Assembly (NCBI GenBank): GCA_965249135.1
Contig: OZ252220.1
Location: 1,408,001 to 1,472,000, forward strand
DNA: 64,000 bases
Source: Alphaproteobacteria bacterium
GTDB taxonomy: Bacteria; Pseudomonadota; Alphaproteobacteria; GCA-2746255
Direction: 5' to 3'
The position numbers and the translations under genes were made by a program. Below the pieces are notes generated by a model. The model saw only the letters and a program-made list of their open reading frames with translations. It was not told where the DNA came from and searched no databases. Shown one piece after another: positions 41,952-51,444 of this stretch; within the stretch, counting starts at the first letter, position 1; the number at the start of each line of letters is the position of its first letter.

Positions 41952-43109
41952 TCAGCTGGGGCTTGCGAGTTGTTCATCCTCAAGGACGGGCTCCGGAAGG
42001 TCGAGAAGTTCCAAGATCTCTTCCTCACCTGCTTCCGGCACGAGTTCGGCAATCACTTCGGCCACCGCCGAACCGATGTCCACCTCCGCCAGCAGGCGCC
42101 TTTCGTCCGAAAAGACGGCTTCTTCTGCTTCTGGTGGCAGATCGAGAATGCTTTCCTGGTCCGTCGGTTCGAAAATCGCACCGGTCAAATACGTTCGGCC
42201 ACCGTCTTCTCCGGCGGCATGGAAATCAATTTCAAGCGTGTTGCCCGGAATATCCACTTCCAGGATGATGATGCCGTCGGCAAACCGGGCCGAGGGACCC
42301 GTCGACGGATCGAAGACTTCCGCAACCGACGCGCCGCCTTCTTTCAGGCGCGCAATGCGGATCCAATCGTTCGGCAACGCCTCCGAGATCGGAATCTCGA
42401 TCCCGTTCACGATGATCGACGAGCCGAAAGGCGCGGAAATGGAGCCGCCTTCGCCGATGGCTTCCGTCATGAGAATGATCCGCCAGCGGCCACTCTTCGT
42501 CATGACCACCTTGAGGCTATTCACGCCGATCAGCCCGTCCGACTGCAGTCCGTCCTGTCCTGGACGGCGGATCGATTGAAGGCCGGCGTCGGAAACCCCG
42601 CCGATGCGGGGATCGTTGTTCGTGACCCGCTCGAAGCCTGCCGCCAGATTCCCATCGGCCGGCCCGAAATCCAGCGCGATGACGCCTTCCGGGGGTATGA
42701 AATCCGCGCCCGGGTCGAATTCCACGATGCGCGCCGCGCCGCCTACATTCGAGACGGCCGGCTGAATAATCCGGTCGGCGGCGGTCATCACGGCGGTGGC
42801 ATCCTCGATGAAGCCGGCGTCCTTCAATTGCTGAAGCAGGCTCTTCGCGCGCGCCTTGATCTCTTCCGGCCCGGCGTCCCCTTCGGTGAGCAGGCCGTTC
42901 AGATCCTTGAGGCCCGCATCCGTACCGGTCACGGCGCCGATCAGCGCCGCGCGTTCTTGGGGTGTGATCTCCGCCGGCTCATCCTTTGCTTCCTGGGCGC
43001 CAAGGGGCGCAGCCAGAAGGAGGAGAGCGGAGAAAAGGAGGAAGGCGACGGCCCACCTGACGTCCGCCGTCGCGCCCGTCGCGCCAAAGGAAAGCCTTGC
43101 ACAAGCCAT
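41952..43109 (-). CDS. Hypothetical secreted acidic protein
   Basis: Signal-peptide-like segment ending LGA-QE; long ORF with typical codon usage; start uncertain. Confidence 0.6.
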   Translation of the reverse strand: MACARLSFGATGATADVRWAVAFLLFSALLLLAAPLGAQEAKDEPAEITPQERAALIGAVTGTDAGLKDLNGLLTEGDAGPEEIKARAKSLLQQLKDAGFIEDATAVMTAADRIIQPAVSNVGGAARIVEFDPGADFIPPEGVIALDFGPADGNLAAGFERVTNNDPRIGGVSDAGLQSIRRPGQDGLQSDGLIGVNSLKVVMTKSGRWRIILMTEAIGEGGSISAPFGSSIIVNGIEIPISEALPNDWIRIARLKEGGASVAEVFDPSTGPSARFADGIIILEVDIPGNTLEIDFHAAGEDGGRTYLTGAIFEPTDQESILDLPPEAEEAVFSDERRLLAEVDIGSAVAEVIAELVPEAGEEEILELLDLPEPVLEDEQLASPS

Positions 43110-43445
43110 ACGAAAACCTATCAGAACCGCCGGGTTGCAGGAACTCAAAAAGCGGATGTCCTCGCCGAGGCTTCGAAAAACTTGTCGACATTCAAAGACT
43201 TGAGGTACCGTCCCGTCTTTTCAAGGATCGAGGAAGTCGTTTAAGAATTTCCTTAACGCCCGGCCGGTGGTGGCTTTTCGTTAAGGACTTCTTTACCGTC
43301 TTCGAGAGTTGCAACCATTTCCGAGAGTTGCGGCGCAAACGCGGTCAAAGAACGTGCCACGTGACACCGGCTCGCGCCCTTTGCAGGGCGACGCTGTCAG
43401 AAAAGGGGCCCGAGAGAAATCGGGGGGAGAAAACGCAAACCGGGT

Positions 43446-45526
43446 TTGCGGGTCGATCCCTTTTTAACCTCGCTCCAGGCGTTGACCGCCCATTTCGGCA
43501 AACCCCTCGACGTCGCCGATCTTCACGCCGTCGTGCCGTCTTCGAAAGACGGGACAACAACGAAAGGCTTCGCCCGCGCCGCCGGAAGGCTGGGCTTTCG
43601 GGTTCGTAAGACCACCGCCGCACCCGAGCGCGCGCGTCCGCCTTTTCTGCTTCTGGGGCCGAAGGGGCAGGCGAAGGTGCTGGTGCTTGAGCGTGAAGGG
43701 GCGAAGTTCTGTCTTTTCGATCCGGCAAGCGGAGAAAACCGGACCGAGCCGGCGGCAAGCCTCGGCGGGGTACAAGACGTCCTCCTTCTCCGGCCCCACC
43801 TCACCTTTGCCCGCGCGGATGGCCTTCGCCGTCTCTTAAGCGGGCGCTTCCGGCGCGTCGTTTTCGAAATCCTGCTCGCCTCGCTGGTCATCAACGTCTT
43901 CGCGTTGGCGGCACCGCTCTTCGTGATGACGGTTTACAACAAGGTCATCGCACAGGCCGCCTTGGACACGCTCAACGTGCTCGCACTCGGCATGCTGACC
44001 CTCTACGCCTTCGACACCGTGCTTCGTGGGATCCGCGGCTATATCGTTAGTCACACCGGCGCCCGGGTCGATGCCATCCTCGGCGGCGAGACGATGCATC
44101 GCGTGCTCAATCTTCCTTACCGGGATCTGGAAAGCGCGCCAGCCGGTTTGATGAACGAGCGCCTCCGGCAACTCGACACGGTTCGGGAATTCTTCACCGG
44201 TGTCGTGCCGGTGCTACTCGTCGATCAGTTCTTCATTCTGCTTTTTCTGATCGCGCTTTTTTTCCTGAGTCCGTTTCTTGGCGGTGTCGCCCTTGCCGTC
44301 CTGCCGATGGCGCGCTCCTTTTTTTTGCATTGCATTGGGCACAGCGCGGTTTTTTCGAACAACGCTTTCGAGCGCTTGCGACACGCCCGTCGACCTATTT
44401 GGAGACGCTTCGTAACGCATTGACGGTGAAGTCCCTTGGCCTCGAGCCCGAGGTCGAACGCCGCTGGGAGGAACGCGTCGCCGATGCCGCCGCGACGGGG
44501 TTTCGCGCCGGCAACCTGGCGGCGAGTGTGAGCGCCGTCGGCATGCTGCTGCAACAATTGGTGGCGCTTGCCATCGTTTTCTTTGGAGCGCGTCTGGTCA
44601 TCCATGGCGAGTTGAGCATCGGCGCGCTGGTTGCCGCGAACATTCTTGCGGCACGGGCCATCGCACCGGTTCGCCAAACCGTGTCTGCATGGAATCAATT
44701 GCAAGAGGCGCGCACCGCCTTTCAGCAACTTCGAGTCTTCCTCGAATCGCCTCAAGCCGGCACGCCCGGCGAGGCGGCGGCCCTTCCTCCCTTCGAGGGC
44801 AAGATCAGATTCGAAGATGTCGGTTTCCGCTATGGACCCGATCTGCCGCCGGTACTGGATCGGATCGCGTTCGAGATCCCGAAGGAAGCGATCGTCGCGA
44901 TCATCGGTCCGGCGGGATCCGGGAAAAGCACGCTAGCCAAACTGCTGCAGGGACTCTACGCGCCTTCCTCCGGACGCATCCTGATCGACGAGACGGACAT
45001 CGCCCACGTGTCCGCGCCCGCTCTGCGCCGGCAAGTCATTTCGGTCCCCCAGGAAAACCAGCTCTTTTCCGGGACGGTACGTGAAAACCTCCTCTATGGC
45101 CTGCACGAGGTGGCGGCGGAGCGCGCGGTGGCGGCGGCGAAATTCGTCGGCGCCCATGACTTCATCCAGCGCCTTCCGAAAGGCTACGACACGGTCCTCG
45201 GCGAAGGCGGACGGGGCCTTTCCGCCGGGCAAAGGCAAATGTTCTGCGTCGCCCGGGCGCTGGCCAGGAACCCGAAAATCCTCATCCTCGATGAGGCGAC
45301 GAATGCGACCGATCCGGCCGCCGAAGCGGCGCTGCTTCGCAACCTGCGCCAGACGGTGAAGGGGCACACCGTGCTTTTGCTGACGAACCGGCTGGCGCCG
45401 GCCGCGATCGCGGACTATGTCGGCCTCATCGTGGACGGACGCATCGAAGACCTTGGTCCGTAATCGGAAATGATCGAAACCGTGCGGGAACGCCTGGCCG
45501 AACTCTCAAAGGGAACGGCGTCATGA
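43446..45526 (+). pseudogene. Type I secretion ABC transporter (HlyB/LapB-like with C39-like domain), frameshifted near 44310-44326 with a premature TAA at 45461
   Basis: LAAPLFVMTVYNKV TMD; GPAGSGKST, LSAGQRQ, ILDEAT; two ORFs in different frames; read-through of the TAA ends in an ATGA overlap with the HlyD gene. Confidence 0.82.
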
Positions 45527-46902
45527 GGAAAAGCAGCATTTTCGATTTCGGCGGTCGTTTGAGGCGTTTTCTGGCGTTCACGTCAAACGGGAAACGGGAT
45601 TTCACCGACTTCCATCCCGAGGCGGCAGGGGAGGATGCCGAACCTGCGCCTCTTGTCCAGCTGCTCGTTTTCACGATCGCACTCTTTCTTGTGACCGCCT
45701 TGCTCTGGTCAAGCCTTGGCACCGTCGAACAGGTGGCCAACGCATCCAGCATCGTCCGACCCTTCGGGCGGGTCAAGGTCGTCAACCACCCGGAAGGCGG
45801 CCAGGTGGCCATCATCCACGTGCGCGAAGGCGATGCCGTCGCGAAGGGTGACCCGCTCCTTGAGCTCGACGCTTCGTTTCTGGAGGAAGAAATCGATCGG
45901 CTCACGGATCAATGGCGAAGCCTGGTGGCCGAGATTGCGCGGCTCGAGGCGGAGGCTACCGGTTCACGGCTCGAGTTTGCGCCCGAGCTTCGTGAAACGC
46001 GGCCCGATCTCGAGCGTTTGCAGATCCGCCTTTTCGAATCGCACGCCAACGCGCTTAACAGCGACAAAAATGTTGCCGAGCACATCGTCGAGCAACGCAA
46101 CAGCGATACGGAAGCGTTGGCACGAAAGGTCGAAGAGTTGGAGGCGAGTCTTGTCATCCTGAAGAAGCAGGAACGTTCGGTCGGCGAACTAGCCGAGAAG
46201 GGTTATTTCCCGGAGTTGCGCTACCTTTCGATTCAGCGCCAACGCTCGGAAGCCGAAGGCGAGCTTGCGGGAACGCAGGAAAGACTGATTGCCGCCTTCG
46301 CGGCGTTTGCCGAAGCAAAAGAGCGCCTTAAGGCCATCGAGCGAAAGTGGAACGCGGAAGTCCTCGACCGGCTGGCCGGCGCCCAAAAGGAACACGACCA
46401 AGCCTTCGGCACGTTGACCCAACTGAAGGCGCGGCGCCATGCCCTCGTCATCGAGGCGCCGGACGCAGGCATCGTCCAGAATCTGCAGGTCACCAGCGTC
46501 GGTCAGTCGATCGGCAAGAACGATGCCTTGATGAACATCGTGCCCACGACGGACAGCCTGATCATCGAGGCGCGCATCCAGAACCGCGACATCGGCTACG
46601 TCTCCGTCGGCCAGATGGCCCGGGTCAAGCTTCGCACCTATGACTTTCTCCGCTTCGGGTCACTCGAAGGCGTCGTCGAGCAGGTGGCGGCAACCGCCGT
46701 CGCACCGGCCAATGGCGGGGAGTCCTACTTCCCGGTGGTCATCCGCACCTCGCGGAACTATTTGGGCGCCCACCCGGGCGAGCGGCCGGTGCAGCCGGGG
46801 ATGGAAGTCGACGTCGACCTTCGGATCGGCGAGAAGTCGACCCTTTCCTACCTCACGGACCGGATTTTCAGGACGGGCGCGCGGGTGTTTCGGGAGCGAT
46901 GA
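45523..46902 (+). CDS. HlyD-family type I secretion membrane fusion protein
   Basis: TM, VNHPEGG, VREGDAVAKGDPLL, IEAPDAGIV, NRDIGYV, PGMEV. Confidence 0.93.
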   Translation: MRKSSIFDFGGRLRRFLAFTSNGKRDFTDFHPEAAGEDAEPAPLVQLLVFTIALFLVTALLWSSLGTVEQVANASSIVRPFGRVKVVNHPEGGQVAIIHVREGDAVAKGDPLLELDASFLEEEIDRLTDQWRSLVAEIARLEAEATGSRLEFAPELRETRPDLERLQIRLFESHANALNSDKNVAEHIVEQRNSDTEALARKVEELEASLVILKKQERSVGELAEKGYFPELRYLSIQRQRSEAEGELAGTQERLIAAFAAFAEAKERLKAIERKWNAEVLDRLAGAQKEHDQAFGTLTQLKARRHALVIEAPDAGIVQNLQVTSVGQSIGKNDALMNIVPTTDSLIIEARIQNRDIGYVSVGQMARVKLRTYDFLRFGSLEGVVEQVAATAVAPANGGESYFPVVIRTSRNYLGAHPGERPVQPGMEVDVDLRIGEKSTLSYLTDRIFRTGARVFRER

Positions 46903-47179
46903 TGACCAGGCGGCGCGCAACCATGTCGTCGAAGGCGGCGCGAACGGCCTGCGCAAGCGCGCCCGCCTCCTGATCCGGAAAGGCTGCCCTATAGGTGTTG
47001 AGGATTTCTTGCCGCGTAGCCGGGGCCTCCAGCAGGCGCCAGATCCCACTCGTCACCGCATCCAGGTAGTAGACGTCCTGGCCCTCGGGCTCGACGAGAA
47101 AGAGGTCGTTTTCGACCTCCGTCGCGCTCACCGCCGGGCTGCGGCAATAGCGTGCTTCATCTTCTTTCACGGCATCCAT
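46868..47179 (-). CDS. PqqD-family protein (RiPP recognition element fold)
   Basis: 103 aa; EVENDLFLV...YYLDAVTSGIWRLLE...DMVARRLV matches the beta3-alpha3 PqqD pattern. Confidence 0.8.
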   Translation of the reverse strand: MDAVKEDEARYCRSPAVSATEVENDLFLVEPEGQDVYYLDAVTSGIWRLLEAPATRQEILNTYRAAFPDQEAGALAQAVRAAFDDMVARRLVIIAPETPARPS

Positions 47180-47386
47180 CGGTCGAAACTATGGGACCCG
47201 CATCGCAGGCTGACAAGGTGAAGAAAGGCCCATTTCGTCCTTCGAGGCATGTTCGTAGCTTTGTCCATCGCGTGCCCATCAAGGCGATGGTTTTTGCTTG
47301 CCTCGATGCAGACGCGGAGGGTAATTCTCTACCCCAACGAGCCGGGATCAAGCCCGGTCAAGTCTTAAGGGGGGAGCCTCTCGCAA

Positions 47387-48472
47387 ATGACGGGAAACGT
47401 CGCGATCATCGGCTGTGGCTATTCGCCGGTCCGGGCGAGCACGCCGGAAGTTTCCTATCGGGAGCTGACCTTCGAGGCGGCCAGCCGCGCCTATGCCGAC
47501 GCCGATATTTCCCACGAAGAGGTCCAGGCGCTGGTCTGTTGCGAGGAGGATTTCTTCGAAGGGGTCTCGATCTCCGACGAGTACACACCCGACCAGATGG
47601 GCTGCGTGTTGCGCCCGGTGGAGACGGTGACCGGCGACGGCCTGCACGGGCTTGGCGTCGCCGCCATGCTGATCCAAACCGGCGAGATCGATATCGTCGC
47701 CGTCGAGGCCCACAGCAAGGCCTCGAACATCCTTAGCTTCGACAACATCACGGAATATGCCCTCGATCCGATCTGGAACCGCCCGTTGGGTTTCCACCCG
47801 GAATTCGTCGCCGGGCTCGAGATGAATCGTTTCCTTCACGAATCGAGGTTAAGTGTCGCGGATTGCGATACGATCGCGGCCAAGAACCGCAGAAACGCGC
47901 TTTCCAACCCGATCGCCGCCTATCCCGCACGGATTTCGGCGGACGACATCGCCGGCTCGCCTGATCTGTGCGCGCCGTTGCGCAAAGGGCACGTGGCGCG
48001 GCGCGCGGACGGCGTCGTCGTACTGGTGCTCGCCTCGGAAAAGCTGGCCAAGAAGGCGGAACGCCCGGTCTGGATCCGTGGCACCGGCTGGGCGAACGAA
48101 TCACCGACGCTTGAATCGCGGCCCTGGGGCGAGGACGCGGCGACGAAGGCGGCGGCAGCCATTGCCTACAGAGAGGCGGGGATCACGTCACCGTCAAAGG
48201 AGATCGACCGTTTCGAGGTCGATGACCTTTATGCCTATCGCGAAGCGATGGCGTTGGCCGCCCTCGACGTTGGGAAAGCGGGCGATCGCGTGAATCTTTC
48301 CGGTGGCAGCATCGGGATGGGGCATACGCTGGACGCCATCGGTCTCTATCGGGCCGCGATGTGCATTGAGGCGATTCGAAACGGCGATGCGAAGACGGCG
48401 CTGGCGCATTCCTGGCGCGGCGTGCCGACGACGAGCGTGGCACTTTCAATCTTTTCGGTGAACCATGGGTAA
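47387..48472 (+). CDS. Thiolase-superfamily protein (SCP-x/Ltp4-like, no catalytic Cys)
   Basis: VAIIGCG, KNRRNALSNP, DGVVVLVLAS, VNLSGG. Confidence 0.75.
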   Translation: MTGNVAIIGCGYSPVRASTPEVSYRELTFEAASRAYADADISHEEVQALVCCEEDFFEGVSISDEYTPDQMGCVLRPVETVTGDGLHGLGVAAMLIQTGEIDIVAVEAHSKASNILSFDNITEYALDPIWNRPLGFHPEFVAGLEMNRFLHESRLSVADCDTIAAKNRRNALSNPIAAYPARISADDIAGSPDLCAPLRKGHVARRADGVVVLVLASEKLAKKAERPVWIRGTGWANESPTLESRPWGEDAATKAAAAIAYREAGITSPSKEIDRFEVDDLYAYREAMALAALDVGKAGDRVNLSGGSIGMGHTLDAIGLYRAAMCIEAIRNGDAKTALAHSWRGVPTTSVALSIFSVNHG

Positions 48473-49631
48473 GCGCGTTGCCGTCGTCGGTGCGGGGATC
48501 ACCAAGTTCGTCCGCCGTGCCCAAGAGACCGGGCCGGAGCTTTGTTGGGCGGCGGCCAGCCAGGCGCTCGAAAGCGCCGGCATGTCGCTCGACGACATCG
48601 ACTGCGTCATCCACGGCACGGCGCCGGACGCCTTCGATGGCGTGCACATGAAGGGCGAATATTTGGCGGCCGGCAGCGGTGCCTGGCGGAAGCCCTACAC
48701 GCGGACCTATGTGGGCGGCGGCACCGGCGTCTATGCGCCGATCCACGCCTGGAAGCATCTGGCCAGCGGCAAATTCCGCACGGCGCTCGTCATCTGCGAA
48801 GAGAAGATGTCCTCCTGCCAGCCGCATCCGCAAGGCGCCTTCATCACGATTTTCGATCACACGACGGAGCGCGCGTTGGGTCCGAACCTGCTTTGGATCT
48901 TCGCCCTCGAACAGCAACGCTACATGGCCGTCCACGGCATCAAGAACGAAGAGATCGCCCGCGTCGCCGTGAAGAACAAGCACAACGCCATGGGCCATCC
49001 CTCCGCCCAGCTCGGGGCCGAGCTGACGGTGGACGAGGTGCTGGCATCCGAGATCATGGCCTATCCGGTCCACCGCCTGATGGTCAGCCCGACCAGCGAC
49101 GGGGCGGCGGCCGTCGTCATGACGAACGAAGACGTCGCCAAGTCGGTGACGGATCAGCCCGTCTGGCTGGACGGCGTCGGTTGGGCGTTGGACACCGCGT
49201 TTTGGACGAACCGCGATCTCTACTACCCGCGCTACGTCGAGAAGGCCGCCTGGATGGCTTACAACATGGCCGGCATCAAGAACCCGGCCGAGGAAATCTC
49301 CTTCGCCGAGCCTTACGACCCCTTCTGCTACAAGGAGCTTCACCATTTGGAAGGCCTGCAACTGGCGCCGAAGGGACAGGCGCCGAAGCTGCTGGCGGAA
49401 GGGCATTTCGACCGTGACGGCAAGCTGCCGTCCTGTCCGTCCGGCGGCCTGCTGGGCGTCGGCAACCCGATCGCGGCGGCCGGCATGATGAAGATCTGCG
49501 AGCTTTTCTGGCAGCTTCGCGGCGAGGCCGACGAGCGGCAGATCAAGAAGAACCTGCGCTGGGGAGTGGCCCAAGCCTGGGGCGATCTGATGCAGGTGGG
49601 CACCGTCGTCGTGATGGGAAGAGATGGGTAG
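48465..49631 (+). CDS. Thiolase-superfamily protein (Ltp3-like aldolase/thiolase)
   Basis: VAVVGAG, APDAFDG, GGGTG, SDGAAAVV, EPYDPF, PSGGLLGVGNPIAAAG. Confidence 0.82.
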   Translation: MGKRVAVVGAGITKFVRRAQETGPELCWAAASQALESAGMSLDDIDCVIHGTAPDAFDGVHMKGEYLAAGSGAWRKPYTRTYVGGGTGVYAPIHAWKHLASGKFRTALVICEEKMSSCQPHPQGAFITIFDHTTERALGPNLLWIFALEQQRYMAVHGIKNEEIARVAVKNKHNAMGHPSAQLGAELTVDEVLASEIMAYPVHRLMVSPTSDGAAAVVMTNEDVAKSVTDQPVWLDGVGWALDTAFWTNRDLYYPRYVEKAAWMAYNMAGIKNPAEEISFAEPYDPFCYKELHHLEGLQLAPKGQAPKLLAEGHFDRDGKLPSCPSGGLLGVGNPIAAAGMMKICELFWQLRGEADERQIKKNLRWGVAQAWGDLMQVGTVVVMGRDG

Positions 49632-50133
49632 GATGAAGGAACCGAAACTCGGCACCGCCTTAAGCTCGGAAGACTTTAAACAGAAACGAGTCTTCACGAC
49701 CTCCTACACGCCAAAGGCGGAATACGCCTGGGACACCGGGTTTGCCATCGGCCGTTACCTCGAAGGACTGAAAGAGGGCAAGCTTCTGGCCCGCAGCTGC
49801 AAGAAATGCGGCCGCATTCTTATCCCGCCGCGTGCCTTCTGCGAGCTTTGCTTCCGGCCCACCGACGACTGGGTCGAGCTTGAACACACCGGTGTGATCA
49901 ACACGTTTTCGCTTTGCTACATCACCTGGGACATGCAGAAGCTGACGGATCCGCTGATCCCCGCCGTCATCGCGATCGACGGCGCGACGGAAGGCTACGG
50001 CATCATGCACATGATCGGCGGGGTCGACCCCAAGGCGGTCCAGGTGGGGATGAAGGTGGAGGCCGTCTGGAAGCCTGCGGACGAGCGGGAAGCTTCGATT
50101 ACGGACATTCAGTACTGGAGGCCGATCGTATGA
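49624..50133 (+). CDS. DUF35 Zn-ribbon/OB-fold protein
   Basis: CKKCG...PPRAFCELC, VGMKVEAVW. Confidence 0.9.
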   Translation: MGRMKEPKLGTALSSEDFKQKRVFTTSYTPKAEYAWDTGFAIGRYLEGLKEGKLLARSCKKCGRILIPPRAFCELCFRPTDDWVELEHTGVINTFSLCYITWDMQKLTDPLIPAVIAIDGATEGYGIMHMIGGVDPKAVQVGMKVEAVWKPADEREASITDIQYWRPIV

Positions 50134-50582
50134 GGGTGCCTTCGAATCAAAACTACACGGCCTGGACCGGGTCCATCCCCGTAAGCTCGCTTTATACCGC
50201 GGGCCTCGCCGGACAGGTGTTCCTGAAAGCGCTGAAGGAGAAGGGCGATATCTTAGGCTCGCGTTGCGAGAAGTGCGACAAGGTCTACGTGCCCGCCGCG
50301 ATTTTCTGCGAGAGCTGCTTCGCGGAACTCAAGGAACACAAGCCCGTCAAGCCGGAGGGCGAGGTCATAAGCTTCACGCTCTGTCACCACGACGTCGGCG
50401 GCAACGCGCTGAACCCCCCGCGCATCGCGGCCGCCGTCCGGCTGGATGGCGCGACCTCCGTGCTCATCCATAACGGGCTCGGCGAACCTTCGAAATGGAA
50501 GATCGGCGCCCGGGTCAAGGTCAAGCTGGCGGCTGCCCGCGAGGGCTCGATCCTCGATATCGAGGGATTCGAGCTGATCTAG
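50130..50582 (+). CDS. DUF35 Zn-ribbon/OB-fold protein (second copy)
   Basis: ATG 50130 overlaps the previous stop; CEKCD...FCESC, IGARVKV, GSILDI. Confidence 0.88.
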   Translation: MRVPSNQNYTAWTGSIPVSSLYTAGLAGQVFLKALKEKGDILGSRCEKCDKVYVPAAIFCESCFAELKEHKPVKPEGEVISFTLCHHDVGGNALNPPRIAAAVRLDGATSVLIHNGLGEPSKWKIGARVKVKLAAAREGSILDIEGFELI

Positions 50583-50685
50583 CCGGGCGTTTAAAGCCCC
50601 TTCCCTTCCGCCCAACCTTCCGCCCAACGCGTGAGGCACGTGGTTGCCCCTTGCCAGAAGGCAAGCGCGCTTCTTTACTTGCCCC

Positions 50686-51444
50686 ATGACGGAAACGGTA
50701 ATCCAGGTCGAAAAACTCACGAAGTGCTATGGCGAGATTCGTGCCGTCGACGGAATCGACTTTACCGTCGAACGCGGCTCGACGATGGCGCTGCTCGGTG
50801 GCAATGGGGCGGGCAAAACGACGACGCTTGCGATCCTGCTTGGCCTTCTGCTTCCAACCAGCGGCCGGGCCACCGTCTTGGGTGCGGACATGCGAAAGCA
50901 TCGCTACCGCGTGCTGCCAAGGATGAATTTTTCATCTCCCTATGTCGACCTTCCGCGACGCTTGACGGCGGCCGAGAACCTGAAGGTCTATGCGCGCCTC
51001 TATGGCGTGCCAAACGTCGGCGCGCGTATCGACGAACTCGCCGGCGACCTCGATCTGGGTGAATTTCTTCGCCGCCCCATCGGCAGCCTTTCTTCCGGCC
51101 AACGCACGCGTGTGGCGCTCGCCAAGGCCTTGTTGAACACGCCCACCCTGCTTCTGCTCGATGAACCGACCGCGTCTCTCGATCCGGACACGGCAGACTG
51201 GGTTCGCGGTTATCTGGAACGCTACCGCAAACAAACGAATGCGACGATCGTGCTTGCCTCCCACAACATGGCGGAAGTCGAACGTTTATGTGACGACGTG
51301 GCAATACTGCAGAAGGGCCGCATCGTCGATCAAGGAAGCCCACGGGCGCTCATCGAGCGCCACGGCGGGCGGAACCTCGAAGCGGTGTTCCTGGCCATCG
51401 CCAGAAGCGAGGGCGCACACCGGAGGGATGAGGCAACCCATTGA
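50686..51444 (+). CDS. ABC transporter ATP-binding protein
   Basis: GGNGAGKTT, LSSGQ, LLDEPTASLD, SHNM. Confidence 0.9.
   Translation: MTETVIQVEKLTKCYGEIRAVDGIDFTVERGSTMALLGGNGAGKTTTLAILLGLLLPTSGRATVLGADMRKHRYRVLPRMNFSSPYVDLPRRLTAAENLKVYARLYGVPNVGARIDELAGDLDLGEFLRRPIGSLSSGQRTRVALAKALLNTPTLLLLDEPTASLDPDTADWVRGYLERYRKQTNATIVLASHNMAEVERLCDDVAILQKGRIVDQGSPRALIERHGGRNLEAVFLAIARSEGAHRRDEATH

Noticed and set aside
46868-47179. PQQ biosynthesis operon serving the PQQ dehydrogenase
   Set aside because: No pqqA/B/C/E nearby, and the 69-aa peptide lacks the PqqA E-x-x-x-Y core.
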